From: Naegleria gruberi
Taxonomy: Eukaryota
Assembly: GCA_000004985.1 (NCBI GenBank)
Contig: GG738874.1
Direction: 5' to 3' (one strand)
DNA length: 64,000 bases
The position numbers were made by a program, and so were the translations under genes. Shown here piece by piece: positions 20,772 to 31,847 of the stretch. The first letter of the stretch is position 1, and each line of letters begins with the position of its first letter. The notes beneath the pieces were generated by a model that did not search any database, was not told where the DNA came from, and saw only the letters and a list, made by a program, of their open reading frames with translations.

Positions 20772-22079
20772 ATGCAAAAACAACTGTTAGGAAGAATTCC
20801 ATGCCATGGAGTTTCCCAATCACTTCGGAGGTTGAATAATAACCATTATCATCTTTGCAAAGGACCATTTAATTACATATCAACTAGACAAGTCAATAAT
20901 TATTCTACAGTGCTGGGAATAAAATCATTGGAAAAATTTCAATTTGCTCAAGATTTGGATATTTACTTTTCATTCGAGTATGCCAAACAGAGTACACAGA
21001 TAAAGGAACAAAGTTCAGGAATTCATTTTGTTTTTGATGGAAAAGAGAGTCAAAATTTAATGAATATTTTGAATTTGGGAATGAAAATTCTATCTTCATC
21101 AAATGCACAAGAAAAAGTACAACTCACTCAACTTGTGGAATTTCTTCCAACCCTCAGTAATAAACTAACGAGTAGTAGCACTAATACTCACCAAAATATG
21201 GATAAATTTATAAAAGAGGAAGAATTTAAAACTAAAATTAAGGAAATGCAAAATGAATATTTCAAATCCTATTCTGGTACAGATTACATTCCTGGAAGAC
21301 CAGAATTACCAATCCTTCTCGACGATATGAAACGAATTCCAACAACTTACAAACAAGCTGGTGTTAGCTTACCAGTGTTTTTACTTCATAATATGGCACA
21401 CATTGAATTGAATGCCATTGATCTATGCTGGAATACCATAGTGATGGCTCTGCTGCATCCTATTCGATATAAATCTGAATGGGATATTACAGATAACACT
21501 TGTTTGGATTTGTTTGATTTTATTAATGATTTTATTAAGGTTGCCAAAGATGAGGCCAGACACTTTTCTGACCTCTCTCAAAGATTGGTGGAATTATCGA
21601 GTTATTATGGAGCTGTCACAAGTCATAAGGCAATTTGGAGTATGGCAAGGGATACTCAATATTCTCTTCTAGAAAGAGTTGTGATTGGAAATATGGTTCT
21701 CGAAGGAAGAGGTTTAGATTCTGGGGAAAGACTAATTTCTAAAATGATTGGTTGTGGCGATATGAAATCCTGTGCCATTGTAAAGACAATTTGTCACGAA
21801 GAGGAGGATCATGTTAGAATTGGAGTCAAGTGGTTTGATAAGATGGCTCGAATTACACATGCCCTGATGACCTCACAACAAGAAGAAGACAATCTTTCCA
21901 AGTTATCATTTGACGATTTTCAAACTGAATTATTCCAACAAATAGTTCTAACTAATTATGGACCACTTCCTTCTCCTTTTAATCATGATTCGAGAAAGGC
22001 TGCCAATATGAAAGAATGTTGGTATGAAGATATTGCCAGGCCTAAAATTACCAAAACTACTAAAACTACTAAACATTAA
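20772..22079 (+). CDS. ferritin-like / DUF455 (rubrerythrin-like diiron) family protein
   Basis: The central region (HNMAHIELNAIDL..ARHFSDL..EGRGLD..HEEEDHVRIG) matches the helical E..H diiron motifs of the bacterial DUF455 family; long N-terminal extension; aaaaaaATG start. Confidence 0.6.
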   Translation: MQKQLLGRIPCHGVSQSLRRLNNNHYHLCKGPFNYISTRQVNNYSTVLGIKSLEKFQFAQDLDIYFSFEYAKQSTQIKEQSSGIHFVFDGKESQNLMNILNLGMKILSSSNAQEKVQLTQLVEFLPTLSNKLTSSSTNTHQNMDKFIKEEEFKTKIKEMQNEYFKSYSGTDYIPGRPELPILLDDMKRIPTTYKQAGVSLPVFLLHNMAHIELNAIDLCWNTIVMALLHPIRYKSEWDITDNTCLDLFDFINDFIKVAKDEARHFSDLSQRLVELSSYYGAVTSHKAIWSMARDTQYSLLERVVIGNMVLEGRGLDSGERLISKMIGCGDMKSCAIVKTICHEEEDHVRIGVKWFDKMARITHALMTSQQEEDNLSKLSFDDFQTELFQQIVLTNYGPLPSPFNHDSRKAANMKECWYEDIARPKITKTTKTTKH

Positions 22080-22166
22080 ATCCATCCAATTTAAATCCTA
22101 ATTCCAAACTTGATCTAATATTAACCATCAAATTAAAATAAATTAATTTATTTGGTAAGTATTAAA

Positions 22167-22499
22167 TTATTGTTGAAATTGCTCTGGGTGTCTTTCTTTA
22201 AAATCTTCCAAAACTTTCAAAAAATCTACAAATCCCATTCTAATAATCTTTTCCGATTCTTGTTCCAATTCTTCAATTTCCTCGATGGTTTGATCAATTC
22301 TTGTTTTTTGAATCAAATCCTTGTTATTTTCTCCAATCTTGTGCATATAATGTTGAATTTCCTCTTCCGAAGGTTTTAAATTTACAAGATTTAATAATTC
22401 ACCAATTTTTCTAACATCCACTGAACCATCGGCATGTTCATCAAAATTTGAAAAGGCCTGGATGAAAGAACCCATTTGTTCCTCATTGAATCTTGGCAT
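22167..22499 (-). CDS. small EF-hand-like protein
   Basis: 110-aa ORF; FDEHADGSVDVRKIGELL is an EF-hand-like loop; A-rich start context. Confidence 0.5.
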   Translation of the reverse strand: MPRFNEEQMGSFIQAFSNFDEHADGSVDVRKIGELLNLVNLKPSEEEIQHYMHKIGENNKDLIQKTRIDQTIEEIEELEQESEKIIRMGFVDFLKVLEDFKERHPEQFQQ

Positions 22500-22636
22500 T
22501 TTTTTAGATGGAAAAAGAAAGCAAGAACGAATCTTTCACTTGATCATTCATCATCCCGCCAAAATTAAATTTACAGTTGTTTCTGTTTTTCAATGTTTAA
22601 AAAATTCAATTTTAAAAAAAACAACAACATCAGAGA

Positions 22637-23301
22637 ATGGCCTCAAAGAAAGGAACCTTTGGAAGTGATGGAAAAAGTTGGGCTGATAAGTATGACGCTG
22701 TCTCCCTCAATTCGATTTATAGAGAAACATTCCGTAAGGAATTACAACATCACAAATTAAAGGAGGACTATTCGACACATCCTAGTAAATGTATGTGTTG
22801 TATTAATTTAATTTAATAATAACCAGAGATGAACAATATTTACTTACAAATATAATAGTCGGAGTTGTTACAGATAAACCAAATAAGCGAGGAAAGAAAT
22901 TCTTAGATAAAGATCAAGCTCTATTGGAGAGTATCTTTAATAGTCTTACACCAGAGCAAATTGAAAAGTTTGAACAAACAGTTGGAGAACCAGTTGACAA
23001 TCTGATCGACACTAAAATCACACCAGAGAAGGAGGAAGAAATGATGAGAACCCAAAGAGAGGATCAAAACTTTTTAGAGACAAGGAAAAACCTCTCTAAA
23101 ATACCTACCGATAGATTCCCAAAGCCACAAACCAGTTCTCAACAAGTAGGGTGGTTCCACAATCAAGATACAGCCATTAGAAGTACCACCAGTTTCAAAC
23201 CAAAGAAGAGTTGTGAAGAAACACTTTTTGCTAATCAACTTGTTCAATTCAAAGCCAATATTAGAGAAACATCCAAAGGAAGTGCTCCACCAAAGAAGTA
23301 A
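22637..23301 (+). CDS. hypothetical conserved protein, join(22637..22790,22859..23301)
   Basis: ATG 22637 (MASKKGTFGSDGKSWADKY..) is joined through a GTATGT..ATAG intron (68 nt, phase 1) to the listed ORF 22924..23301; 199 codons; no domain recognised. Confidence 0.5.
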
Positions 23302-23415
23302 TGTAAATAAATTGTAAATAACAAGATTAATATTTTGTAATAATTGGAAATCAGTCCAACTCGTGGAATTAAATTGAAAATTAAAATTGAAAATTGAACC
23401 TTCGAAAAAAAGAAA

Positions 23416-24321
23416 ATGATGAAATTATCAAAGGTGAACCTTGTAATCAATAATAGGTTTCCCATTTTGAATAGTATTAAAATAACAGATAAGAAACTTG
23501 ATTTTCTTTCTCTACATCAAAAAAATAAAATCACAACACTAGCTAGTCTAATTGCATCATCATCAAACATGTCCTACAGTCAATCCAGCAATAATTCTTC
23601 CAATAGAGGAAGAGGAGGTGGTAGAGGTGGATATAACAACAAGGGAGGAGGCTTTTCAAATAATACACCAAGACCAACCCACTTCTTTGCAGTGAGAATT
23701 AACTCTCCACAAACTATCAAGGATTTAGTCGAGTGGCAACAATCAGTCCTCTCCGAACATGACTCACACTCGGAAGATTATGATTTGAGAGATTATTTAA
23801 TAGAGAAGGAAAGAATGCACTTTACCTTGTTTGTTTTGACATTGGATACTCAAGATGATTTGAAGGATTGTATTACAGTATTCCAAAAATGTCAAGATGA
23901 ATTGAAGAATATTGTAAAGAATAATTTGGAGGGTGGAAAATTCTCATTCAAATTGTCAGGAGTTCACACATTTGAGGATAAGGCATTTAAGAAGGGAAGA
24001 GTTGTCTTTACTGGACCAGAATTCAGTCATGAAAATGGAAGACAAACATTCCTTGATGTTTCTCAATATATCAATGATAAATTGAAGGAAAATGGATTAA
24101 CAGTTGATAAAATCAATAATGAAATTCACTGTACCTTAGCCAAGACAAGTAAGGTCAAGAAGAATAATACTCCAAAATCATTCCCTGAATATGTATACAG
24201 ACACCAAAAAGATACAGTCTTTGGTGATAATGAAATGATAACAGAAGTGTTACTCTGTAGAATGAAAGGACCTGGCTCAAGTGATGGATTCTATCATATT
24301 GAAGAAACTGTTCAAATCTAA
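23416..24321 (+). CDS. 2H phosphoesterase superfamily protein (LigT/ASCC1/AKAP7-like) with an N-terminal RGG/Gly-rich region
   Basis: Two H-x-T-x motifs (HFTLFVL and HCTLAKT) at the spacing typical of 2H cyclic phosphodiesterases; GRGGGRGGYNNKGGG low-complexity N-terminus. Confidence 0.6.
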   Translation: MMKLSKVNLVINNRFPILNSIKITDKKLDFLSLHQKNKITTLASLIASSSNMSYSQSSNNSSNRGRGGGRGGYNNKGGGFSNNTPRPTHFFAVRINSPQTIKDLVEWQQSVLSEHDSHSEDYDLRDYLIEKERMHFTLFVLTLDTQDDLKDCITVFQKCQDELKNIVKNNLEGGKFSFKLSGVHTFEDKAFKKGRVVFTGPEFSHENGRQTFLDVSQYINDKLKENGLTVDKINNEIHCTLAKTSKVKKNNTPKSFPEYVYRHQKDTVFGDNEMITEVLLCRMKGPGSSDGFYHIEETVQI

Positions 24322-25341
24322 ATAAATTGTAAACTTGTGGTCAACCTTTTGTTAAAGAATATGTTCTGAATTTTATCTTAATCTAGATTGAATATTTGAA
24401 ATAACGCTGTGAGGGTGGGTGAGTATTTCCAGTGTTGTGTTAAAAAAGTGCTCAAAAAGGAAGTTTAGGTTGAGACCAAAAAAGAGTTGTATTGTGACAC
24501 AATGAGATCGTGAAGCTTTGAGAGAAGGCTCTCAATTCCATTCACTGGTATTTAAGAAAAAAAGAACAAGCACACTCGATGGCTGTCATGTTTGAGTGTC
24601 CAATTAATTGTTGGAGTTTTTATTGGGTTCATCATGTTATCTTGTCCATGATAAAAACTCTTGGATTTGGACACCTAGACATGACAACCATCTAAATAAA
24701 TTAGAATTATAAAAAGGAACTATTATTTTACAGTCTTTTGAAAGTCCAAGGATTCGGAATCGTTGTTGTGATAGAGTTGTACCTCCAGAATTGAGTAATT
24801 AAAGATGAGAATGTACACGTCTTGCTCTCACTCAACAAACCTTAATTTTTGAGTCTGTTCTGCTCGAATTTAAGATTAGTTTTGCGTCCGCAGGGCAGGT
24901 GTTTGAGGTAAAAAAAAATCTTTTATTACGACAATAACGAATCTATTCAGATTCTCATAGTTGAGGTAAAAAAAAATGAATAGAGACGATTACTATGATC
25001 TCAGTAAAGAGGAACTTTTATCCTTACTTTCATCTCCCTTCAAAGAAGGAGGGATTGGGATTGAACATGAACAGCTAAACCAACTTTTTGAGTTTTGTGG
25101 TGGCTCTTTTTTAAATGTCATTGTGAAGAATTTAGAAATTGGGGATTGCCTGGTATATTTTCGTAAAAGATGATTTGATTCCAAAGTATTGGATCCAATA
25201 CAACAATCACATTTTCAACAGATGAGAAATTTCCGTAGGAGTTTGATATTCATATTTATTGTAAAGGTTCTATTAGAAATGGATTGTTATCTGTTACATT
25301 CGCAAAATTTCCATATTGATAAGAAAGGACTAGTTAAAAAA

Positions 25342-28300
25342 ATGAAAGGTTCCATTGTCTGTATTGTTTGTGTTGTGTTGTTGGTGTTGACGATTCAATA
25401 TGAGAACAGCTTTGCATCTCTGACATCAAAACAACAACAATTAACACTCTTTCTAGATTCGAATAGTAATTTTATAAATTCTAATTGCTTGGAATCAACA
25501 TTTCCTTGCTCTAATTTTACACAAATTATTCAAGCCACTAGGAATTTATTAAACGAAACTAACAAGCTCGATAATTTGGAAGTTTTGGTTAGAATTCGGG
25601 GGGAAATTACTACTTGTGATCATGTCATTAATTTTTCACAATTTACAACAAATTTCAAGTTGAGTTTAGTCTCATGGGATGTGAACAACCAATTCTCTAT
25701 ACCACCACGTCGGTGTGTTTTCATTGATGAAGATTCTAGTTCTATTAATGAACTCTATTTGGAAAATGGACACATAGAGATGGATTTAACAAATCGAGAA
25801 TTTGATATAGTTTCGATTGTAAACTCTACAGGTGAAATGTATTTCAATACGAAAGAATTTTCATGTGATAGTTCAACGATTAACATAATCCTCAAAAATA
25901 GTGAAAACATTCGAATTAAGAATTCGAATATCGATATTAATTGTAAAGCAGGTACTCAATTTAATGATTTTAATGTGGAAAATTCAATTCTGATTATGAG
26001 TGACTCAGAAATTTCTAATTTTAACACATTCTCTATTAGAAATTCTATTTGGAAGTTGGAAAAAGTTAGTATCATCTATACTATCCGATTGAATCTTGGA
26101 GCATACGTTTCAATAACTGATTGTGAAATTATTGGAAGCAATGCCATGTTTGAAAATATTGACGTATTGGAAATGACAAGAATCAAGTCAAGAGAACTCG
26201 ATCATTTAACAGATGAGGATAGTAGTGTCACTATCTTTACACTATTCAATATTCGCAATATTAAGGTTTCAACCAGTAATTTCACAGAAAACAAATTTGC
26301 AGGCAGCGTTTTTGATATACAAGGATGTTATCAAGTGGAATTCACTAATTGTAATTTTTACAATAATTTACAAAAAGAATTCATTAGGGTGAGAGCAGTT
26401 CAAGATACAGATCTTTCAATTAGTGATTCAAAGTTTTTTGATAATAGGGTTGCAAATGCTCTAATTAATCAGGAACCATATCAGTTATTATTATTTTACA
26501 TCACTAATTGTGAATTTATGAGAAATTATGGTGGTTCAACCGGTTCAGTATTGAATCTCTATAGAAGTGATGTATATATTGAAACGTCAAGCTTTTCACA
26601 TAATATGGCAATTAAGGGAGGAGCCATCTATGGATTGAACACTAAAACTCTAGAACTTAAAAACTCAAATTTTACAAATAATGAAGCAGATTATGGAGGT
26701 GCTATTTTTTTAGTTTACTCTCAACTCTACAAAGGAAATGCACTACATCTGATTAACAGTTTATGTGATGGAAATGTTGCAAATATTGCAGGTGGTTGTT
26801 TGTTCAGCAATGATAACTATTCAATGAAGTTAATTAAAGGAGTGAATAGAGCAGGATTTTATGGTAATACTTTGGCCTCTGGTTTGGTCGGATTGATTGT
26901 AGAATTGGAAGATAAGAATGGAAAGTATCAAACTGTTACGAATCAAACAATTAATGTGTTTCCTGGTGAATACATGAACTTTAGAATCATTTTATATGAC
27001 ATGTATTACCAGAAAACTTCAAAATTGAGAGATGGTGACTTGTTGATATCATTAGAAGAATCTCAATCATTCGTTATGCAAAGTCAAAATTTTGCAAATG
27101 GAAACGAAAGCATTCTATTGAGTAATACTCAAATTTTACTCAAGAATTCCAAACATTTTTTTAATTCCTCAACATTTTTAAGACTCAACATTCTCGGTAT
27201 GGAAAGAATAATTCATTTGAACATTGTAGAATGTCCATTAGGATATTCAATGTCAAGAAATTCTGGAACTTTTAAATGTGAAATAATTCCACTTGAAATT
27301 ATAATTCCATCAGCCATACTTGGAACAATATCCTTGATTATTATTTCGATTAGTTTGATTATTGGATCAGTTTACATTATTAGAAAATTGAAGAAATTGA
27401 GGAAACAAGAAAGAGCAGAAATGGAAATTCAGAAAAAGTTTACAGATAATAATTTCATATTTAACAATTCAAATTCTGATGTGTTATCTGAATTACATGT
27501 TCCATTGATAGAATCTTCAAAAAGCAATCAATCATCTTACCAATACACAATACCAATTTCGGATATTAACATAATTTCAAAAATAGGAGAAGGAACAAAT
27601 GGAATAGTTTATAAAGGAAAATGGCAAAGGACTGATGTAGCCATAAAACAACTGAAGACTTCAGAAGAGGATAGTGAGGAATTTGAAAGAGAAGCCATTT
27701 TAATGAGCTCATTGAGACATCCTTCAATTGTCAGTTGTTTTGGAGTCTCTCTGACACTCAATAGCAAGTATATGGTGGTAAGTTTTCTGATTTTTCGATT
27801 AAAGTTTAAAACGAATTTATAATAGGTTGAATATTTGGAAAATGGAAGTTTAGATAAAGCTCTTTATAATTCTAGAATTGGAAGAGAAAAATTACTATTC
27901 GAAACCAAGTTGAATATTCTATTCGATGTTGCCAAAGGAATGGTCTATCTTCACTCCATCAATCCTAACAAGATTATTCACAGGTGAGTTGATTGGAAAC
28001 AATTTTTATGATTAATTTCCATTTAGAGATTTAAAACCAGGAAATATTTTGCTTACCAAAAATATGAATGCAAAGGTTGGAGATTTTGGATTGAGTAAAA
28101 TAGTCTCGAATAACACTGCAACCATGACTACAAACGTTGGAACTTTGTTGTATATTGTAAGTTTAGTTTCATTATTTGAAATTTTCTAATAAGAAAAAGG
28201 CCCCTGTAAGTTAATACTATTTTGAAATTTTAAATTTAGGAATGATATTTTATGATAGGAATTATTATCAAGTTATCACAAAGGTCAAACAACAAAATTA

Positions 28301-28910
28301 GATGTTTATTCGTTTGGGGTAATCATGTGGGAAATTTTATTCGAAATAATACCATTTTCAAACGAACTTTCAGATGTGAACACTCCATTTGCAATGTGTC
28401 CACTCTTTCTTTTGATAATTATCATTGGAATACTAAATAGAATCATGACAAGACAGAGAAATGTCAAAATTGATGAAATGATTGGAGTAAATATTGAATC
28501 GGGACAGATGGTTGTGTTTGGGGTGATGGTTGGCTCGTAATTAAGGGCTCCTAATTGAAATAATAGAGGATGACATGGTGAAGTAATGTTCAACTGAGAT
28601 GTGTTGAGAAGTGACATTTTTTTTTGAATCATTTTAGTTATCTCTGTAAAATTAATGGGATCTATCCTTAAGAGATATCTCAATTGACCTCAATGTAATA
28701 GTATAAATGGATTGCCCAAATGAATTCATACAAGAAAATTTTACCAATAAGGAAATTCAAAGATTTGGAACTGAACTAATTTCAAATTGTTTGAGGGAGT
28801 ATATAGAATTGATGAAATTATGTTGGCACACCAATCCTAATGAAAGACCTGAATTTATACAAATTTCTGCAAGTTTAGAATCCATAATTGATTTGTTAAC
28901 AGGGAATTAA
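25342..28910 (+). CDS. receptor-like protein kinase: signal peptide, pectin-lyase-like β-helix ectodomain, one TM, TKL-type kinase; about 6 exons: join(25342..27777,27826..27983,28027..28156,28200..28205,28259..~28400,~28730..28910)
   Basis: Signal peptide MKGSIVCIVCVVLLVLTIQ; about 600 aa of parallel β-helix repeats (GGAIYG, YGGAIF, NxxGG); TM segment IIPSAILGTISLIIISISLIIGSVYII; kinase subdomains GEGTNGIVYKG / AIKQL / HRDLKPGNILL / DFGLS / APE / DVYSFG / CW..P..RP; the GT..AG introns keep the frame; the last two junctions are not resolved. Confidence 0.6.
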
Positions 28911-29385
28911 ACGTTATCTAAATGATTAATTATTACAACTAGAAACATCTTGTAATAGTTAACTATTATCTTATTTATTATTTACACCAATAAAATCATC
29001 AAACAGATCAACACAAGAAGAGTATTAATGAAACTATTGTTAACACAGTTACAACTTCAATTCTCTCCACAACATCATTTGAATTTGTTAATTTTTGAAA
29101 TCTAGCAGGTAATCTAATAGAGACATAATAATTTATAAATTCCAAAGCAGCATTTCTATCCAAGGAATTGATGTTTATTGATATCAAAAAGCTACGATAA
29201 TCGCAGAAATCAAGTATGAACCATCGCAAGTATTTATTCAAGACTTGATTGGGGAAGCAAATTTAAAATTGTATTCTAGTGATATCTATCAATGCTGAAT
29301 TTATGCATTTCCTAATCCTCTTTTCCGCCTTAATTCAAATATATCATTAAGTTCATCCAAGATATGAGATTTCTTAGGAAAAAAA

Positions 29386-31845
29386 ATGAAAGAACTCGAC
29401 TTTTCAAAGAGTATTTTCATCATCACGATATTATTATTATTAATTCTTCATCATTTTGAATACTATTCTAATCAAGGAGGGTTCGTGTTGGGGGCTGGTG
29501 TTGTTCGTACCCTTGTTGGTAGTATGAGAGGATTGGATAAAGTATTAGCCACTCAAACTTCTCTTAATCTTCCCTCGAGTATCACTCATGAAGATGCGAA
29601 CGGTGAATACTATATTTCAGAGTCTTACATGGGGGTGATATGGAGAGTATTCAATAATGGGACAATGGTAAGATTTGCAGGAACAGGTTTTCAAGGATAT
29701 AATGGAGATGGAAAATTGGCTTTAGAGACAGATTTGAATTATCCAGGAAGTTTAATGATGTATGATGGAGAGCTATACTTTTCCGATCTTTCCAATTATT
29801 TAGTTAGGAAGGTTGATAGGAATGGCTATGTGAGAACAGTGGCTGGTTCAATTAAATCATATGGATATGCTGACAATGTCCTTGCAAATGAAACAAATAT
29901 TTATCCCACTGGGATTTATGTTACAAAATTGGGAGAAGTTTTAATTGCTGATTCTTCCATTCACAGAATTCGAAAGGTGCTAAATAATGGAACGATAATA
30001 ACGATTGCAGGAAATGGAAAACAAGGTTATAACGGAGAAGGTTTATCTGGTTTAGATTCTGCACTTAAGGAACCATATTCTGTAGACATGGACTCTGATG
30101 GAAACATCTATTTTGCAGATAAGGGTAATTCTATAATTCGAAAAATATTAGCATCCAATGGAGCAGTGATAACAGTTGCTGGAAACGGAACTAAGGGATA
30201 TTTTGCAAATACTATTGATGCCTTGTCTTCTCAACTTGATACTCCAGTCATGGTGACTGTAGGTAAGAATGGAGAATTTTACATTGTGACTGGTAATTTA
30301 ATAAGAAAGGTTTCTAGTGATGGATTAATTTCTACTGTTGTAGGAACTGGGGCTACAGGTCCTTTTGAAGATAATATTCTAGCCGTCAATGCCACCTTGG
30401 GTATTCCTTCGGATGTGAAGATTAGCAGAAATTCAGAGTTGTTGATAGTGGATACTTTCAATTATAGAATTAGAAAAGTTCTTTTGAATGGAACGATTCA
30501 AACAATTGCAGGAAATGGATTCGACCGATTCAATGGAGACGGATTACAAGCAAAGGACACATTACTAAATAGCCCATCCTCTTTAATTGTAAACCCAGAT
30601 CAAAGCTTGTACATTGTTGAGAGAGATAATCAGAGAATTAGAAAAGTTGATCCAAACGGAATTGTGTCAACTTTTATTGGTACTGGAAAGAGAGGCTTTA
30701 ATGGTGATAGGTTGGCTTTGGACGTGCAATTGTACAATCCTACATCTATCTCTATTGATTCGAATGGAACAATTTGGTTCTCAGAGGCCAATAGCCATCG
30801 AATTCGTAAATTATTAAGCAATGGAACAGTGATAACAGTGGTTGGGTCCACCACTGGAAGTACAGCTGATGGTCCTGCATTGCAAACAAAACTCACAATT
30901 CCAAACGGCATCGGTTTTGACTTGGATGGATCTCTATTAATTGCTGACAGATATAATCACAGAATTAGAAAGTTATTAAGTAATGGGACTTTAATTACTA
31001 TTGCAGGAACAGGTGTTTCTGGAAAGGGAGGTGATGATATTCTAGCCACTAATTCCTCCTTGAATCAACCTTCTGGAGTTTGTACCATGCCAAATGGTGA
31101 CATTCTAATTGCTGATAGAGCCAATCATCAAATTCGTCGTCTGTTTGTTAATGGCACTATCAAAACAATTGCAGGAACAGGCAGTAGTGGGTATAATGGA
31201 GACGGTTTACCAGCAACAAGCTCCACACTTAATTATCCTCAAACGGTTACAATGTTTCATAATGAAATTTATATGGTTGATACTTCTAATAGTCGAATTA
31301 GAAAGATACTCAATAATGGGACAATGATTACTATTGTTGGCAATGGAATAAGAGGTGACAGTTTGGATGGATTAGATCCACTTGAATCTAAATTGAAATC
31401 ACCCTATCATGTCACCTTTGATTCTAGAGGAAGAATGTACATTTCTGATTACTCGAATCATAAAATTAAGGTTGTCGATTTCAATTCAAGCCCAGAAACC
31501 AATACAACTTTCAATAATAGAACATTACCAAGCACTGATAGTAATACTACATCTGCAATCAGTAATTCAACCTTAAACAATAATTCGACAAATTTATATA
31601 ATAGTACAGTGATTGGAAATAATAGTCTACCAAATAATGGATCTCTCATTCCATCGACTAGTAATAGTACAATAGTAACACCAACATCGAATCATTCTTT
31701 CACAAGCATACCAATTAGAAACAGTACTTTTGTTTCACAATCTCAAAAAAGTTGCATTCCAACAAAGTGGTTGGTTCTTCTTCTGTTCGTAGCATTCTTA
31801 TTGACAACAAATCCACAAGATTATGACAATAAAAATGTTGAATAA
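29386..31845 (+). CDS. secreted or GPI-anchored NHL-repeat β-propeller protein with a C-terminal N/S/T-rich stalk
   Basis: Signal peptide; at least 12 NHL-type repeats (..D..N.YVAD..NHRIRKV..NGTI.TIAG.G); Ser/Thr/Asn-rich tail ending in a hydrophobic segment (WLVLLLFVAFLL). Confidence 0.7.
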   Translation: MKELDFSKSIFIITILLLLILHHFEYYSNQGGFVLGAGVVRTLVGSMRGLDKVLATQTSLNLPSSITHEDANGEYYISESYMGVIWRVFNNGTMVRFAGTGFQGYNGDGKLALETDLNYPGSLMMYDGELYFSDLSNYLVRKVDRNGYVRTVAGSIKSYGYADNVLANETNIYPTGIYVTKLGEVLIADSSIHRIRKVLNNGTIITIAGNGKQGYNGEGLSGLDSALKEPYSVDMDSDGNIYFADKGNSIIRKILASNGAVITVAGNGTKGYFANTIDALSSQLDTPVMVTVGKNGEFYIVTGNLIRKVSSDGLISTVVGTGATGPFEDNILAVNATLGIPSDVKISRNSELLIVDTFNYRIRKVLLNGTIQTIAGNGFDRFNGDGLQAKDTLLNSPSSLIVNPDQSLYIVERDNQRIRKVDPNGIVSTFIGTGKRGFNGDRLALDVQLYNPTSISIDSNGTIWFSEANSHRIRKLLSNGTVITVVGSTTGSTADGPALQTKLTIPNGIGFDLDGSLLIADRYNHRIRKLLSNGTLITIAGTGVSGKGGDDILATNSSLNQPSGVCTMPNGDILIADRANHQIRRLFVNGTIKTIAGTGSSGYNGDGLPATSSTLNYPQTVTMFHNEIYMVDTSNSRIRKILNNGTMITIVGNGIRGDSLDGLDPLESKLKSPYHVTFDSRGRMYISDYSNHKIKVVDFNSSPETNTTFNNRTLPSTDSNTTSAISNSTLNNNSTNLYNSTVIGNNSLPNNGSLIPSTSNSTIVTPTSNHSFTSIPIRNSTFVSQSQKSCIPTKWLVLLLFVAFLLTTNPQDYDNKNVE

Positions 31846-31847
31846 AA

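Noticed and set aside
24976-25341. 65-aa ORF 24976..25173 and the listed 25189 start of the receptor kinase
   Set aside because: The 25189 'M' is a non-ATG start. The first ATG with an A-rich context followed by a canonical signal peptide is 25342. The 65-aa ORF has no support beyond being open.
29008-29241. 77-aa minus-strand ORF between the kinase and the NHL gene
   Set aside because: Short, no domain, poor start context. It could be a real small membrane protein, but there is no evidence beyond an open frame.
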